A DNA stretch of 63,892 nucleotides, counting the filler, from Chiloscyllium plagiosum (taxonomy: Eukaryota), in the NCBI RefSeq assembly GCF_004010195.1. It is 5 parts of one record of this genome, joined end to end, with 100 filler letters (N's around TTAATTAATTAA, not from the genome) between each part and the next. Parts side by side here need not be neighbours in the genome. Positions count along the whole stretch, not along the records: positions 24,007 to 51,985 come from NC_057715.1; 4 more parts are not named here. One strand, 5' to 3'. Made by a program: the position numbers and the translations under genes. Shown one piece after another: positions 40,335-52,085 of the stretch. The number at the start of each line of letters is the position of its first letter. Positions within the stretch are counted from its first letter, which is position 1. Below the pieces are notes generated by a model. It was not told where the DNA came from. It ran no database searches and was given only the letters and a program-made list of their open reading frames with translations.

Positions 40335-40715
40335 TTATGAGGATCGATTGAGGAATTTGGGACTGTTCTTCTTGGAGAGAACGTTGTTGAGAGGAGATTT
40401 GTTGAGGCTTTAAAAATCATGAGTGTGCTGGATTGGGAGAAGCTGTTCCCACTAGTAAAAGAAAAAAAAGCATGAGGGTTTCGATTTACAGTGATGTCGG
40501 AAAAAAAAAAGTTTCATGTAGGGAGTAGTTAAAGTATGGAATGTATTGCCTGAATGTGTGGTGGAGACAGGTTCTACTGAGGCATTCAAGAGGAATTGGA
40601 CAGAATAATGGGTAGGGATATGGGGAAAAGACAAGAGACTACGACTAGGTAATAGAACTGACACAGACACAATAGGTATAATGGATTCCTTTTGCATCAC
40701 AACAATTCTATGATT
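40335..40715 (+). mobile_element. old CR1 3' fragment
   Basis: LGLFFLE...LRGDL..FKIM remnants and an attctatgattct tail. Confidence 0.7.
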
Positions 40716-41005
40716 CTGCTTAACTGTTGCAAATGGTGGTAAACAAGTGAAATCAAATTGCTTGCCCATTATACACTGTCCCAAATTGGAAAAGGTATAT
40801 TTCAGGTAACTAATCAAATATAGCCTGCTTCATTGGAGGACATCAGTTGTCTTTTCTTTTGACTTAGCTTATGAGTCAGGTTGAACTATGTACCTAAGAT
40901 ACTTTTGCTTACAAGTCCAGCATTGATTGCTTGCCCAAGTCAGCTCCAACCACAGAAGTTCAGGCAGCATCCGAGGACAGGCAAAGTCCGAGGACAGGCA
41001 AAATC

Positions 41006-41033
41006 GACGTTTCGGGCAAAAGCCCTTCATCAG
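41006..41033 (-). ncRNA. minimal type-I hammerhead ribozyme motif
   Basis: Reverse complement CTGATGA-a-GGGC-tttt-GCCC-GAAA-CG-TC. Confidence 0.8.
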
Positions 41034-41242
41034 GAATAAAGGCAGAGAGCCTGAAGCATGGAGAGATAAGCTAGAGGAGGGTGGGGGTGGGGATAGAGTA
41101 GCATAGAGTACAATAGGTCAGTGGGGAAGGAGATGAAGGTGATAGGTCAGGGAGGAGAGGGTGGAGTGGATAGGTGGAAAACGAGCTGGGCAGGTCGGAC
41201 AAGTCCGGACAGGTCAGGGATCGAGTTGCTGGAGGTTAGAAG

Positions 41243-41875
41243 CTAGGATGAGGTGGGGGAAGGGGAAATGAGGAAACTGTTAAAATCCACATTGATGCCC
41301 TGGGGTTGAAGTGTTCCGAGGCAGAAGATGAGGCGTTCTTCCTCCAGGCATCTGGTGGTGAGGGAGCGGCGGTGAAGGAGGCCCAGCACCTCCATATTCT
41401 CGGCAGAGTGGGAGGGGGAGTTGAAATGTTGAGCCACTGGGCGATGTGGTTGATTGGTGCGGGTGTCTCGGAGATGTTCCCTAAAGCGCTCTGCTAGGAG
41501 GCGCCCAGTCCCCCCAATGTAGAGGAGACCGCATCGGGAGCAACGGATACAATAGATGATATTAGTGGATGTGCAGGTAAAACTTTGATGGATGTGGAAA
41601 GCTCCTTTGGGGCCTTGGATAGAAGTGAGGGAGGAGGTGTGGGCGCAGGTTTTACAGTTCCTGCGGTGGCAGGGGAAAGTGCCAGGATGGGAGGGTGGGT
41701 CGTAAGGGGGCGTGGACCTGACCAGGTAGTCACGGAGGGAATGGTCTTTGCGGAAGGCGGAAAGGGGTGGGGAGGGAAATATATCCCTGGTGGTGGGGTC
41801 TGTTTGGAGGTGGCGGAAATGTCGGCGGATGATTTGGTTTATGCGAAGGTTGGTAGAGTGGAAGGTGAGCACCAT
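41243..41875 (-). CDS. PLE Cys-rich linker plus GIY-YIG endonuclease domain (open, 5'-truncated)
   Basis: CHRRNCKTC...NIIYCIRCSRCGLLYIGGTGRLLAERFREH...EERLIFCLGTLQPQGIN; the first ~22 aa of the listed 232-aa ORF come from non-PLE DNA. Confidence 0.85.
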   Translation of the reverse strand: MVLTFHSTNLRINQIIRRHFRHLQTDPTTRDIFPSPPLSAFRKDHSLRDYLVRSTPPYDPPSHPGTFPCHRRNCKTCAHTSSLTSIQGPKGAFHIHQSFTCTSTNIIYCIRCSRCGLLYIGGTGRLLAERFREHLRDTRTNQPHRPVAQHFNSPSHSAENMEVLGLLHRRSLTTRCLEEERLIFCLGTLQPQGINVDFNSFLISPSPTSS

Positions 41876-43084
41876 TGTGTGACTTTCCTTATCATAGTCT
41901 CTTGTGCTGATAAGCCTCTGGCTTCTTCCTTGCAGAGGCACAGAGGATCAGAGTTGAGGTTTGCATGTGACACCATTGTGCATCCACACACATTAATGCT
42001 TTACTACATTGTTCAACTGCACATGAGGACTTGAAGTTGCACCGGTTCTAGTTTCTTGTATCTACTAGCATCCCAAACTTCCACGGCCAAACCATATATG
42101 ATTGTACAATGCTTTCTCTCCACAGCTGCTACCAAACCTGCTGAGTTTTTTCCAGCAATTTCTGTTTTTCTTTTTGATTTCCATCATCTGCAGTTCTTTA
42201 GTTGTTTTGGTTGCTATACCACAGTGGTCTAGGTCATAGGTTCCAAAATCCCCTTTGAAGGTGAAAAATGTGGATTAATTTTAGAGTGCCAGTCAGTCCC
42301 AAATTCAATTGCTTAACCATAATGGTCAAAATGGTAAGTTATGAAATCTGCTTCCTAAACCTTGGGAAGAGGTGTAATCCAGGAAGCTGTGGGAGTCGGT
42401 GGGTTTGTAGAAAATGTCAGTGTCAAGTCGGTCGTCACTGATGGACATGGAGAGGTCCAGGAAGGGGAGGGAGGTGTCAGAGATGGTCCAGGTAAATTTA
42501 AGGTCAGGGTGGAATGTGTTTCCAGCACCACTGATCCAGAATCTGGTTTCCAGCATCTGCAGTCATTGTTTTTACCTCCAACCACAGAAGTCCACTCAAG
42601 CATTTTCTTGTTCCTCAAAACAAGGCAGACATCAGGAAGTGGCATCTAGAGGATGCTTTAAAAGGCTCAGGTATTCATCTTGTAGGGAAGGGGACTTGGA
42701 CAAGATTATGCTATTGCTGTTTTTGCAAGTATTGTGTTGAGTTTTGCATTTGGCAGGGAGTATTGCTGCATCCAGACAAGGAGCGTAGATGTGTAGATGA
42801 CTGGTCCACTCAAAGTCTACCATGGGTTTGGAGGCTGCAGTTGCAGTATCTCCAGATCTATAACACAACAGGGAAATGGAGCAGAGATAGCAGACAGGGG
42901 AAGTTCCGTGTCATGCCCAGAGGACAAGATAGTTTTGGTTTAAAACAAACGATAGTATCTTTGTTTTCAAATGCACACATTGCAGGACTAATAGAACAGC
43001 TACCACATGATACTGATCAAACACAATTTTTGGAAAAATTTGATCAATAATATATGAATACATAGATAGATATACATAAATACA

Positions 43085-43402
43085 TACTTAAACCAACATA
43101 TATATATAGTTTATAAAATAATGAGGGGTTTTGATAAGGTGAATGCAGGTGTCTCCTCCCTAGGTTGAGGAATTTCAAGAGCTGGTGACATATTTTTAAG
43201 GGGAGAGCAGAACTTCCAGAGGAAATGGTGGATGCGGATACAGTTACATTTAAATGACATTTAGGTAAGTACATGAGTAGGAAATGTTTGGAGAGATATG
43301 GGCCAAGCACAGGCAGGTGGGAATATTTAGTTTGGGATTATGGTTGGCCTGGACTGGTTGGACTGAAGGGTCTGTTTCCGTGCTGTATGACTCCATGACT
43401 CT
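43085..43402 (+). mobile_element. CR1 3' fragment
   Basis: CR1 tail ggactgaagggtctgtttccgtgctgtatgactccatgactct. Confidence 0.85.
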
Positions 43403-44619
43403 AGTAACTAGAGGAAAAAGTTCACATCATCTTGCTGAAATGTCACAGTCCTTGCTTTGCAAATACATTTCAGCCAGGGCAGCATAAAGCAATCACAAAC
43501 AACATTTCTACACCAGCCAGTCAGAACAAAGGGAAATATTGAAACACGTTAGAAATGGCAATAGTGTATCCACAATTCTCTGTTATGATACACAATGCAT
43601 TTTGATGAAGAGCATCAAATTCACTTTTGGCAGCATTTGGGCTTCTCCAGAATTACTCTCTCTTTGAGATTTCCAGAATCATTAATATTTTGCTTTCATC
43701 AAATTCACTTCATTAGCTCAGTGTGCCTCAACCCAAAACCCCAGCTAGTTATCTCAAATTGTTGGGTTTTGAACAGCTTTCATAATACAGCTTTGACTGT
43801 GTTTTTGTCACTCTGCTTGTACTACTAGGGGAAAAAAAAAACACATCATCAAGCACTTCCAGGATTAGTTAATACCTGTGTCTGGTCTGAATCTCTCACA
43901 GAAGAAGAATGCTATATTTCATCTTATTTTATAAATTCCTACTTTAGAAATAGAACCAGTCTGGCTCAAGATTGGGATACAGACAGACTCTAACAGACAC
44001 CTTTAATATATTGTCTGAGATGAGATGTCACTTTTTAAAATAAAACCTTAAGTTATCTCAAAAATGTGACTTAAAAGAAGTTCTGGGATTTACATATTAA
44101 TGAACTGAAACTTGCAATCTACTCAAAGATGAAACACTTAATAGCAATCTAGGTTTGTTCAATGTATTGTTTCAGTTGCATGACACTGTGATCTTTTGCT
44201 ATACATTTTGTGTCCTATGATCCTGCTCCACAGCTACCTGATGAAGGAACAGTGCTCCAAAAGCTTGTGCTTCTGAATAAACCTGTTGGACGATAATTTG
44301 GTGTTGTGTGATTTTTAACTTTGTCCACCCAGTCCAACACCAGCACCTCCACATCATATTTCATCTGCAAAGTGAACCCAATCCCAGTTTACAATTACTT
44401 ACTTTCACCTTACATTTGACTGCATCTGAGCTTCTGTGAAAGGAACTTATATACACAAACAACAAAAACAACATGAACCTGATATCGATACCTTGGGACC
44501 CTAATTTGCTTGAACTAGTACCAATATCTTCAATTTTAAGGATTTTTTTTTTCCCTTTTTGGTCTCTTTGCTTTCTTTCTTGGATGTATTTGTGCATGAA
44601 TGAAGCAGTCATAACAGTG

Positions 44620-45175
44620 CCTCTTCTTCCTCAGGAAGCTACGGAAATTCAGTATGTCCATAAGGACCATCACCAAAATTTCCAGAAGCACCGTGGAAAG
44701 CATTCTGTTTGGGTGCATCATGGATTGGTACGGCAACTGCTTTGCTATGACCATAAGAAATTACAGAAGGTTGTGAGCACAGCCCAGACCATCACACAAG
44801 CCAACCTTCCATCCAGTGACTCCACTTACACTTCTCGCTGCCTTGGAAAGGCAGCCAACATCATCAAAGACCCCTCCCACCCAACCTCTTCAATCATGCA
44901 GAAGATACAAAAGCTTAAACACATGGAGCAATAGGTTCAAGAACAACTTCTTCCCTGCTATTATTTGACTTCTGAGTGGACCTCTCTAATTTCAAATCTA
45001 ATGTTGATCTTGTTTTTTGTGCACCTTCTTCCCAGATAGAACTTTGTATTCCTTACTCTGTTCAATCACCTTATCATCTTTGTGTCTTTGTATGTTATAA
45101 CCTGCCTGTACTGCATGCAAAAAAAAACTTTTCACTGTGCTTAGGTACATGTGACAACAAAAAAAATCAAGTCAA
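44620..45175 (+). mobile_element. Rex1/Babar-type LINE 3' fragment
   Basis: TVESILFGCIMDWYGNC/..DHKKLQKVVSTAQTIT...SRCLGKAANIIKDPSHP. Confidence 0.75.
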
Positions 45176-45566
45176 GTATGTATTTCAAACCATTTCTCTA
45201 TATTGATTGAATTAATAAACTCTACTTCATTTTAACCCTCCAGAATTTTTTATGAAGAATTTTAAAACCAATCTTAAAAATGTTGTGCCTACCTCAGGTT
45301 ATCCTCGAAGGGCAAATTACCTCTACTACTCTCCTGCTCCCTGACAATTTTTTTGTATCTGCCAGCTGATCTTAGTCTAACAGCTGGAAGGGACACCAAG
45401 TGCCATATATCCATATCCCCTCCCTACCTTGCTCTCTCGAGGTCAGGGCCCAGGTAAAGCTATTCTGTGGTGGAAGCATGAGTAGTGCTTTCCAGTAACT
45501 AGATGCTGCTGATGGGCAAAACATTCTGCATATCACACAAATTAGCAATGTGGTTCAAAACCAATG

Positions 45567-45768
45567 CAGGTAGTTCTTCTACAATGTGATGGTTACATTC
45601 TTGTGCAACCCCAGATTAGAGAAAAATCAGGCTTTAGAGACAGTGCTTAAAGTGTTGGCGATGTAATCGCGTTACAGCCAACACTTGTTTTAAAAGTTTG
45701 CGCTTTAGAAACAGCGTTCCCAATTCATCAGTCACATTATAGCGAATTCACGTTAACAAAGCGCCTGT
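45567..45768. mobile_element. pogo/Tigger-like MITE with internal hairpin
   Basis: Degenerate TIRs (caggtagttcttctacaa / gtcatggcagaatgactttgta); internal stem aagtgttggc...gccaacactt at ~45650-45686. Confidence 0.55.
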
Positions 45769-46789
45769 CATGGCAGAATGACTTTGTACACACAAGCTTT
45801 GTAAGCCAATGCATTATGTACTCCTGTATCATATTAATCACTTTGAATTATTTTTATTCACTCATGGGATGTTACACCAGCATTTATGGGCCTTCCCTAA
45901 ATTCCCAGAGGGCAGGTAAGAATCAACTACATTTGGGACTGGAGTCACATGTAGGTCAGACATGATAAGGATGGCAGATTTCCTTTCCTAAAAGGACATT
46001 GTGGTTATTTTTCCAACAATGATTTCATGATCATCTATAGACCCTTACTTCCAGATTCTTTGTTGCGCTGAAAATCTGCCATCTGCCTTGAACATGAGCT
46101 GAATTTCTGAATTAACAACATAGCAATGATACCACTGGGCCACTGAATCATGTAATTGTGCTTTTATTTCTTTCCCATTAATGAATGTAATCTGGTTGTG
46201 GTGAAGTTTCATGTGCTGGCTTTATCTCATAATGCTGGAATGGAACACAGAATAAATGGAACCCTGAATATTGTGGGTATGTAAACAGAAAGGTAGGATG
46301 AGGGGAGTTTTGTCAAGACTCGAACAATTGCTCAAAGTTTGAAACTGTGTTTGAGTCGTGCCCTGTTCTTTCTGTGACTATAACAATAAGGGAGTTGAAG
46401 ATAATATCCCAGACAACCACCTGCATTTCTCCAAACATTACCCTGAAGGAAGACCACATAAAATACATCTAGTGATGGCTTCAGACAGGACAGTGATGTA
46501 ATTAAAAACCACTTAAATGGGCCAAAGCCAAAGTTGGCTTTATATGGCTCACAGTCATAGCAAGGAAAAAGGTATAAACTAGGATTTGGACACCAGCTCC
46601 TGAAGATCTGCTTACAGATCGAGACAGATCTTGTTTTGCATGATTTCAATCAACCAGCATCACTGAGTGTGTGCTAGTTCTTCACAATATAATAAAGGTG
46701 CACCACATTACCTGGAATAAAATCCAGGTTGTTGTGTGCTATTGATACCTGGGCCAGACACTTTAGATCCAGTCAGCGGATTTTAAATT

Positions 46790-47180
46790 AGTAATATAGT
46801 GGATGAATTCTCATGCTGGTGTAATACTAAGTATTTAGACAACACATCCCAACAATTTGTGGATTGTAACATACAGCAAAATGGCTGTTCACAAAATGCA
46901 GCTGCTGAATGTATGTAATCAGCCTGCCCTTGAAAAGCTCAAGTGCAGGTCCAATATAAGATCAGATTCTGCGATTGGAAAGCAGTTGTTAAATAATCCT
47001 CACCCACATGAAGAATTGTGCTGACAATGAATTTAGAGTCTTGGTATAGTGCACTGGAGTGTACTAGAAGCTATTTGAATTAATACCAAGGCCCCTGCTC
47101 TTTACAGACAGAAAAGCCCATGTATGTGACTCTATGTACATTATGCCTGTGTCAACTCAACAAATAGGTGATAACCTGAT
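46790..47180 (+). mobile_element. old PLE GIY-YIG remnant
   Basis: SNIVDEFSCWCNTKYLDNTSQQF...DSAIGKQLLNNP...VLEAI..PALYRQK; related linker remnant PVYIRLCWKRKVSQ at ~60390-60431. Confidence 0.6.
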
Positions 47181-49130
47181 TCATTTTACAAAGCAATCCC
47201 TTGACCAAGGTGAATCTACTTTGTTTAAACTTTCAACACAATTTCGCAGTTAACTGTCAGTCATCATTAACTAGTACAATCTACATAACTTCACTTCTAC
47301 TCAAGTCCATTTCCCAACCAATCAACACTCACCTCTTATATATGGTATAAATATTGTCATCCCCTTTCCTTTGGTATTTCATGAGAATTATCTCAATGGG
47401 TGCAAATGTTTTGCCAAAAAAAAGTCTTTTTTTGGCAGTAATCAGTCAGCTATTCAGCCAAAGTCTGTTGTGTCATCCAAACAGATCATGGATGTCCTGT
47501 ACCATTTAATTATCTTTGTACCATATCCATTGACACCCTTACCTAACATCGCGTTCGAAAATGTACTAATTAAATCCAACTTCCTTTAACAGCTCTAAAG
47601 TAGACAAAAAGTATCTCCAGGAAGAACTTATTTGCTAGAAATTGAATAAGAATGAGTAAGAGCATGCAAACTAATTTGCAGCAGACAAATAATAAATTGT
47701 GACAGCTTCACAAAATCATCCATGAAGCGCATTAGAAATGTTATTATTTTAATTTTAAAACCCACAGACAAAATGCATCAGAGAGGAACTGGGAATGAGA
47801 CCGAATCAACATGCCTGATGGATCATTCACATTTAGTAAGCCAGGGCTATGCACTGATAATAAGATCCAGAAATCTGTAATTGTATTTTGTGTTTGGCAA
47901 TGAAGGAGAGATGTTGTGTTAACGAGGTGGTGAAAGTTAAAAACAAAACCCAATGAGATGAAAGCAAACTAGTAGCTTTACAGAAATTCACAGGTGGAGC
48001 AAACTTACATACGATTTGTCGATATACCACTGGGATTCACTCACATCTGTATTTGCATGAATGATTATGCATAAGCAAAACCAGTCTGCTCGGATTTGCC
48101 TATCTCTAATTGAAATAGACAATAAGATCTCTTCCCCTCCTCCCTTGGTCGACATGAATTTATTATATTTTGACAATTAAATATTCCAAATCTAAAATCA
48201 TACTGTTACCATCTCTGTTGCTTCTGCAATACTCAAATGATGAGCATGCAAGCCATGGTCTACAGATTCCAACCTTGCACTGAATGGACACCAACTGAGT
48301 CTGTGATGTTCGTAAATATGAATTTAACACTCATCAAAATAATAGTTCCAACTTAGTTGAGAATCTTCACTGTTCTAAACATTCATGAAACCCACATCCA
48401 TCTTAAATTCCTCACAAGTCATCACAAGTGGTGTCCACCTTCATCTGCTAACTGTGGTGGAGAAAGGATGTGATCTTGATGTCCTTATGGCCTGGGAGAT
48501 TTTTATGATCCTCCTTCTACTCCCCAAAGTCCAGTGAGGACCAACATGTTGAGAGGAGTCCTGCACTGGAACTGGAGCATTCCCTTAAGTAGCTGTGGTG
48601 ATGAGGAGGCACTATCCATATCAAAACATGCTCCCAGATGAAAAAAGGTTCACCTCTCCTGCTCCCTCACAATGCTTTTTTGTATCTGCCAGCTGATCTC
48701 AGGTCCAACAGCTGGAGGAGACACCAAGCACCATATATCCGCATCTCCTCCCTACCTTGCTCTTTCGAGGTCAGGGCCAAGCTTGCATACAGCTCTGATC
48801 TGCTGGATGTGGTTTCCAATGACAGTCCACAATCTCTCCAATGAGTAGGCCAGGCATGCAAACCAGAGGAACTCAAAGCCTTCCCTGTCGTCCAAGTCAG
48901 GATGAAGATACGTTCAGAAAGCTCTGCCAGAACTGGACCAGAACTCAGCAGATCAGAAAAGTGATATTGTTAACTTTGTTTTTCTCTCTCCACAAATGCT
49001 GCCAGACCTGTTGAGTTTGTCCAGCAATTTCTCTTTTCATTTTTGATTTTCAGTATTTCCAGTTTTTAAAAAAAATCTTTTACTAGAAGACTACGGTTTC
49101 TTTCCTCCTCTAGGAGGAGATAGAAAACTT

Positions 49131-49398
49131 AAAATCCTTACAGTTTGGAAGCAGGCCATTCAGCCCAGCAAGTCTACACCAACCTTCCAAAGAGCATCAT
49201 TCGCAGACCTACTACCCCCAGGCTGCAACTCTGCATTTCCCATGGCTAATCCACCTTTGGGTTGGGAGGAAACCAGAGCACTCAATGGAAATCCATGCAG
49301 AATGTGCAAACTCCACACAGACAGTTGCCCAGGGTAGAATCAAGCCAGGATTCCTGGTACTGTGAGGCAGCAGTGCTAATCACTGAGTCACCATGCCA
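49131..49398 (-). mobile_element. HE1-type V-SINE, internally deleted
   Basis: Head gtggcatggtgactcagtgattagcactgctgcctcacag on the minus strand; similar copies at 55484-55716 (-), 57612-57808 (+) and 59374-59465 (+). Confidence 0.85.
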
Positions 49399-50187
49399 CT
49401 CAACTTTTGTTCCAACTTTTCTCCACAGGGTACCTGGACTTACACAGCAGCAATTGCTTTTAGCTTTTTAAGATTTAAATTACATTTAAAGGAATTTTTA
49501 CTGAATATCCAACCTAATTGTGCGTTTCCAAAGGAAACAGATCATTATTATTTCAGAAGCTGAAATTACCCTATTCATTTCAAGGCCTGTTCCATCAGGA
49601 TTAATTGTACTGACATATATTTTGTCATTATGGTGCTAAACATGAAGCTTTTCAGAGTTCTGTGTATTTTTTTTAAGTACCTTTGAGGATTCATTAAATT
49701 CAGGAAAATCTGGGCTCACTGCATCAGCTATTTATTTTTCAAGCTTTCACCTTTTACATTTTAAAGCTAAAACCAGCCTGAATATTATTGTTACGTCAAA
49801 TATGCAATGACTGAGCTACATCATTGAAGCTACATTTGCAATAATAGGGCTACATGAGATATTATCACCTGAAATTGAGAGTTCAGGCTTCATATCAGAG
49901 GCATTTGTGGGATTTTTACCATCAAGACAGGCAGCTCAAGTCATAAATTTCCCAAATTGGCAGACCCACCTCAGCTTAAAGAGGACTAAATTGTAAGATT
50001 TTCCTTCTAGGAAGTTGGGTAGCAGATAGAATCAGGTCTACTGACACTGGAAGCAGATTCTAAGTGACCATGGAGGTGCATGGGAGCCGGGTTGGGTGCA
50101 AAAAGGCCCTTTATCCCTCACTTTGGCTCACCACTCCCTATGACCCCTCATAGCCTTCCATGTTCATACACCAACTATTCGCTATGT

Positions 50188-50471
50188 ATAGAGTCATAGA
50201 GTCATAGAGATGTACGGCATGGAAAGGGACGTTTCGGTCCAACCCATCCATGCCAACCAGATATCCCAACTGAATCTAGTCCCACCTGCCAGCACCCGGC
50301 CCATATCCCTTCAAACCCTTTCTATTCATATACCTAGCTGAAATATGTGTTGCTGGCAAAGCGCAGCAGGTCAGGCAGCATCCAAGGAGCAGGAGAATCG
50401 ACGTTTCGGGCATAAGCCCTTCTTCAGGACCTATTCATATACCGATCCAAATGCCTTTTAAATGTTGCAAT
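50188..50471 (-). mobile_element. CR1 3' end with nested PLE pseudo-LTR (50335-50430)
   Basis: 13-bp TSD ctattcatatacc (50322-50334, 50431-50443); intact hammerhead core at 50400-50427 (-). Confidence 0.9.
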
Positions 50472-51080
50472 TTCTTTCTCTCTCACTCTCCAACACTGAC
50501 CACACCATGTGCTTCCCTTGTCTGTTCTTCTCCATTTTAAAACTACTGTTGTTTTGACTTTCTTTTCCCCAAAGTTCCAAAACAATGCAACAGCATATAA
50601 AACAGTAATTGCTGCTCCTGGAATTCGAGGAAATCACCTCCAACACCTAAAATACCTCAAAAAAGGAGCAGGTGTTACAGCCAGAAATTTTTGCCATTCT
50701 CCATCTTGAATTATGTACCAATGACAGTTGTGAAACTGCTAGGAAATAAAATATATAGTCAGAAATATTCGTTGAGAAACAAAGCTATTATTTCTACAAC
50801 CTTTTGAAAGTCAGATAGACAGTTAAAGTTATCAATAACAGTGTTTCAAATGGCTTCTTAATTGTGTCCAAATAAACATTGCGACTTTGAAGAAAAGGAA
50901 AGGACAACATATCATCACCAATTAACTACCTAAAGTTGTCAATCAAGCAAAGTCAACAACTTACTTTTCTTGTCAAAACAGAATGCTTGCAGAGCTCTTG
51001 CTTGTACTGGGTCTGGGCTTTGAGCCAAGCACACAAAAAAAGGAAAGGAGAATAAACAGATGGCCTTGTCCTCAATTGGT

Positions 51081-51510
51081 TTTTGAGTGGGAGCAGCGGC
51101 CGAGTAAAGGCGAACCCGAGAGACTACAGCAAGGTAAGACAGTTTGTTTCAAAATTACTTACCTGTAGCGGGCAGCGGTGTTTTTTTTTTCTCTCTTCAC
51201 AAAAAGAGCGGGAGCAGCAGAGGAAGTGACGGCAAACAGAGGGGCAGCCGGGAAGGAGAACTGTGAGTATAAATACTCACCCTTTAATCACCAACGGTCA
51301 TTTGAGTGGGAGCAGCGGAAGTGAGGTTGGAGCGCATAGCTGGGCGGGAAGGTAAGTGATTAGTATTTGAGTGCGTGTGTTCTAGACCCCAGGTCCTACT
51401 CCCGTAGGGCCTCCCTCCCACCCTCCTCCTCTAACCAACTTTAAAGTCCACAGGTAAGTGACTCAGTGTTATTGACTCAGTGTTCTTGTTTCTGGAGAAA
51501 GTGTACAGTC
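51081..51510 (+). promoter_or_regulatory. CR1 5'UTR / putative internal promoter
   Basis: CpG-enriched stretch directly upstream of ORF1; 18-bp direct repeat tttgagtgggagcagcgg at 51082 and 51301. Confidence 0.6.
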
Positions 51511-51985
51511 ATGGCAGCGCAGGCAGTGGAATGTTCCTCCTGCAGGATGTTTGAGGTAGGGGTGACCACCAATACTCCTGCCGATTTCGTCTGCAGGAAA
51601 TGCAGTCAGATCCTGATCCTCACCGAACGAGTAAGGGAACTGGAACTGGAGTTGGATGAACTGAGGATTATTCGAGAGGCTGAGAGGGTGATTGATAGAA
51701 GCTACAGGGACATAGTAACGCCGGAGAACAGAGGTAGCTGGGTAACAGTTAGAGGTGGGAAGGGGAAGAAGCAGGCAGTGCAGGGTTCCCCTGTGGTCGT
51801 CCCCCTAAAAAATAAATATACAGCTTTGGAAACTGTTGGGGGGGACAGCGTTGCAGGTGTAAGCTGCAGTGAAGGGGTCTGTGGCACTGAGACTCAGAAG
51901 GGAAAGGGGGAGAGGAGGAGAGCGCTAGTTATAGGGGACTCTCTAGTTAGAGGGACGGACAGGCGGTTCTGTGGACATGGGCAAG
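51511..51985 (+). CDS. CR1 LINE ORF1 (Zn finger, coiled coil, start of SGNH/GDSL esterase), truncated by a gap
   Basis: MAAQAVECSSC...FVCRKC, LTERVRELELELDELR, SWVTVR, LKNKYTAL, ALVIGDSLVRGTDRRFCG; open frame. Confidence 0.9.
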
Positions 51986-52085
51986 NNNNNNNNNNNNNNN
52001 NNNNNNNNNNNNNNNNNNNNNNNNNNNNNTTAATTAATTAANNNNNNNNNNNNNNNNNNNNNNNNNNNNNNNNNNNNNNNNNNNN

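Larger units (their letters stand above)
40960..42575 (-). mobile_element. Neptune-like PLE: pseudo-LTR, intact GIY-YIG region, foreign insert, RT fragment, inverted tail
   Basis: 16-bp TSD ctccaaccacagaagt (40944-40959, 42576-42591); RT piece FHPDLKFTW..LPFLDL..IFYKPTDSHSFLDYTSS at 42365-42520. Confidence 0.92.

Noticed and set aside
41585..42034. 149-aa plus-strand ORF and other 60-130 aa ORFs in the track
   Set aside because: Antisense shadows of transposon ORFs or chance frames with no recognisable domain.
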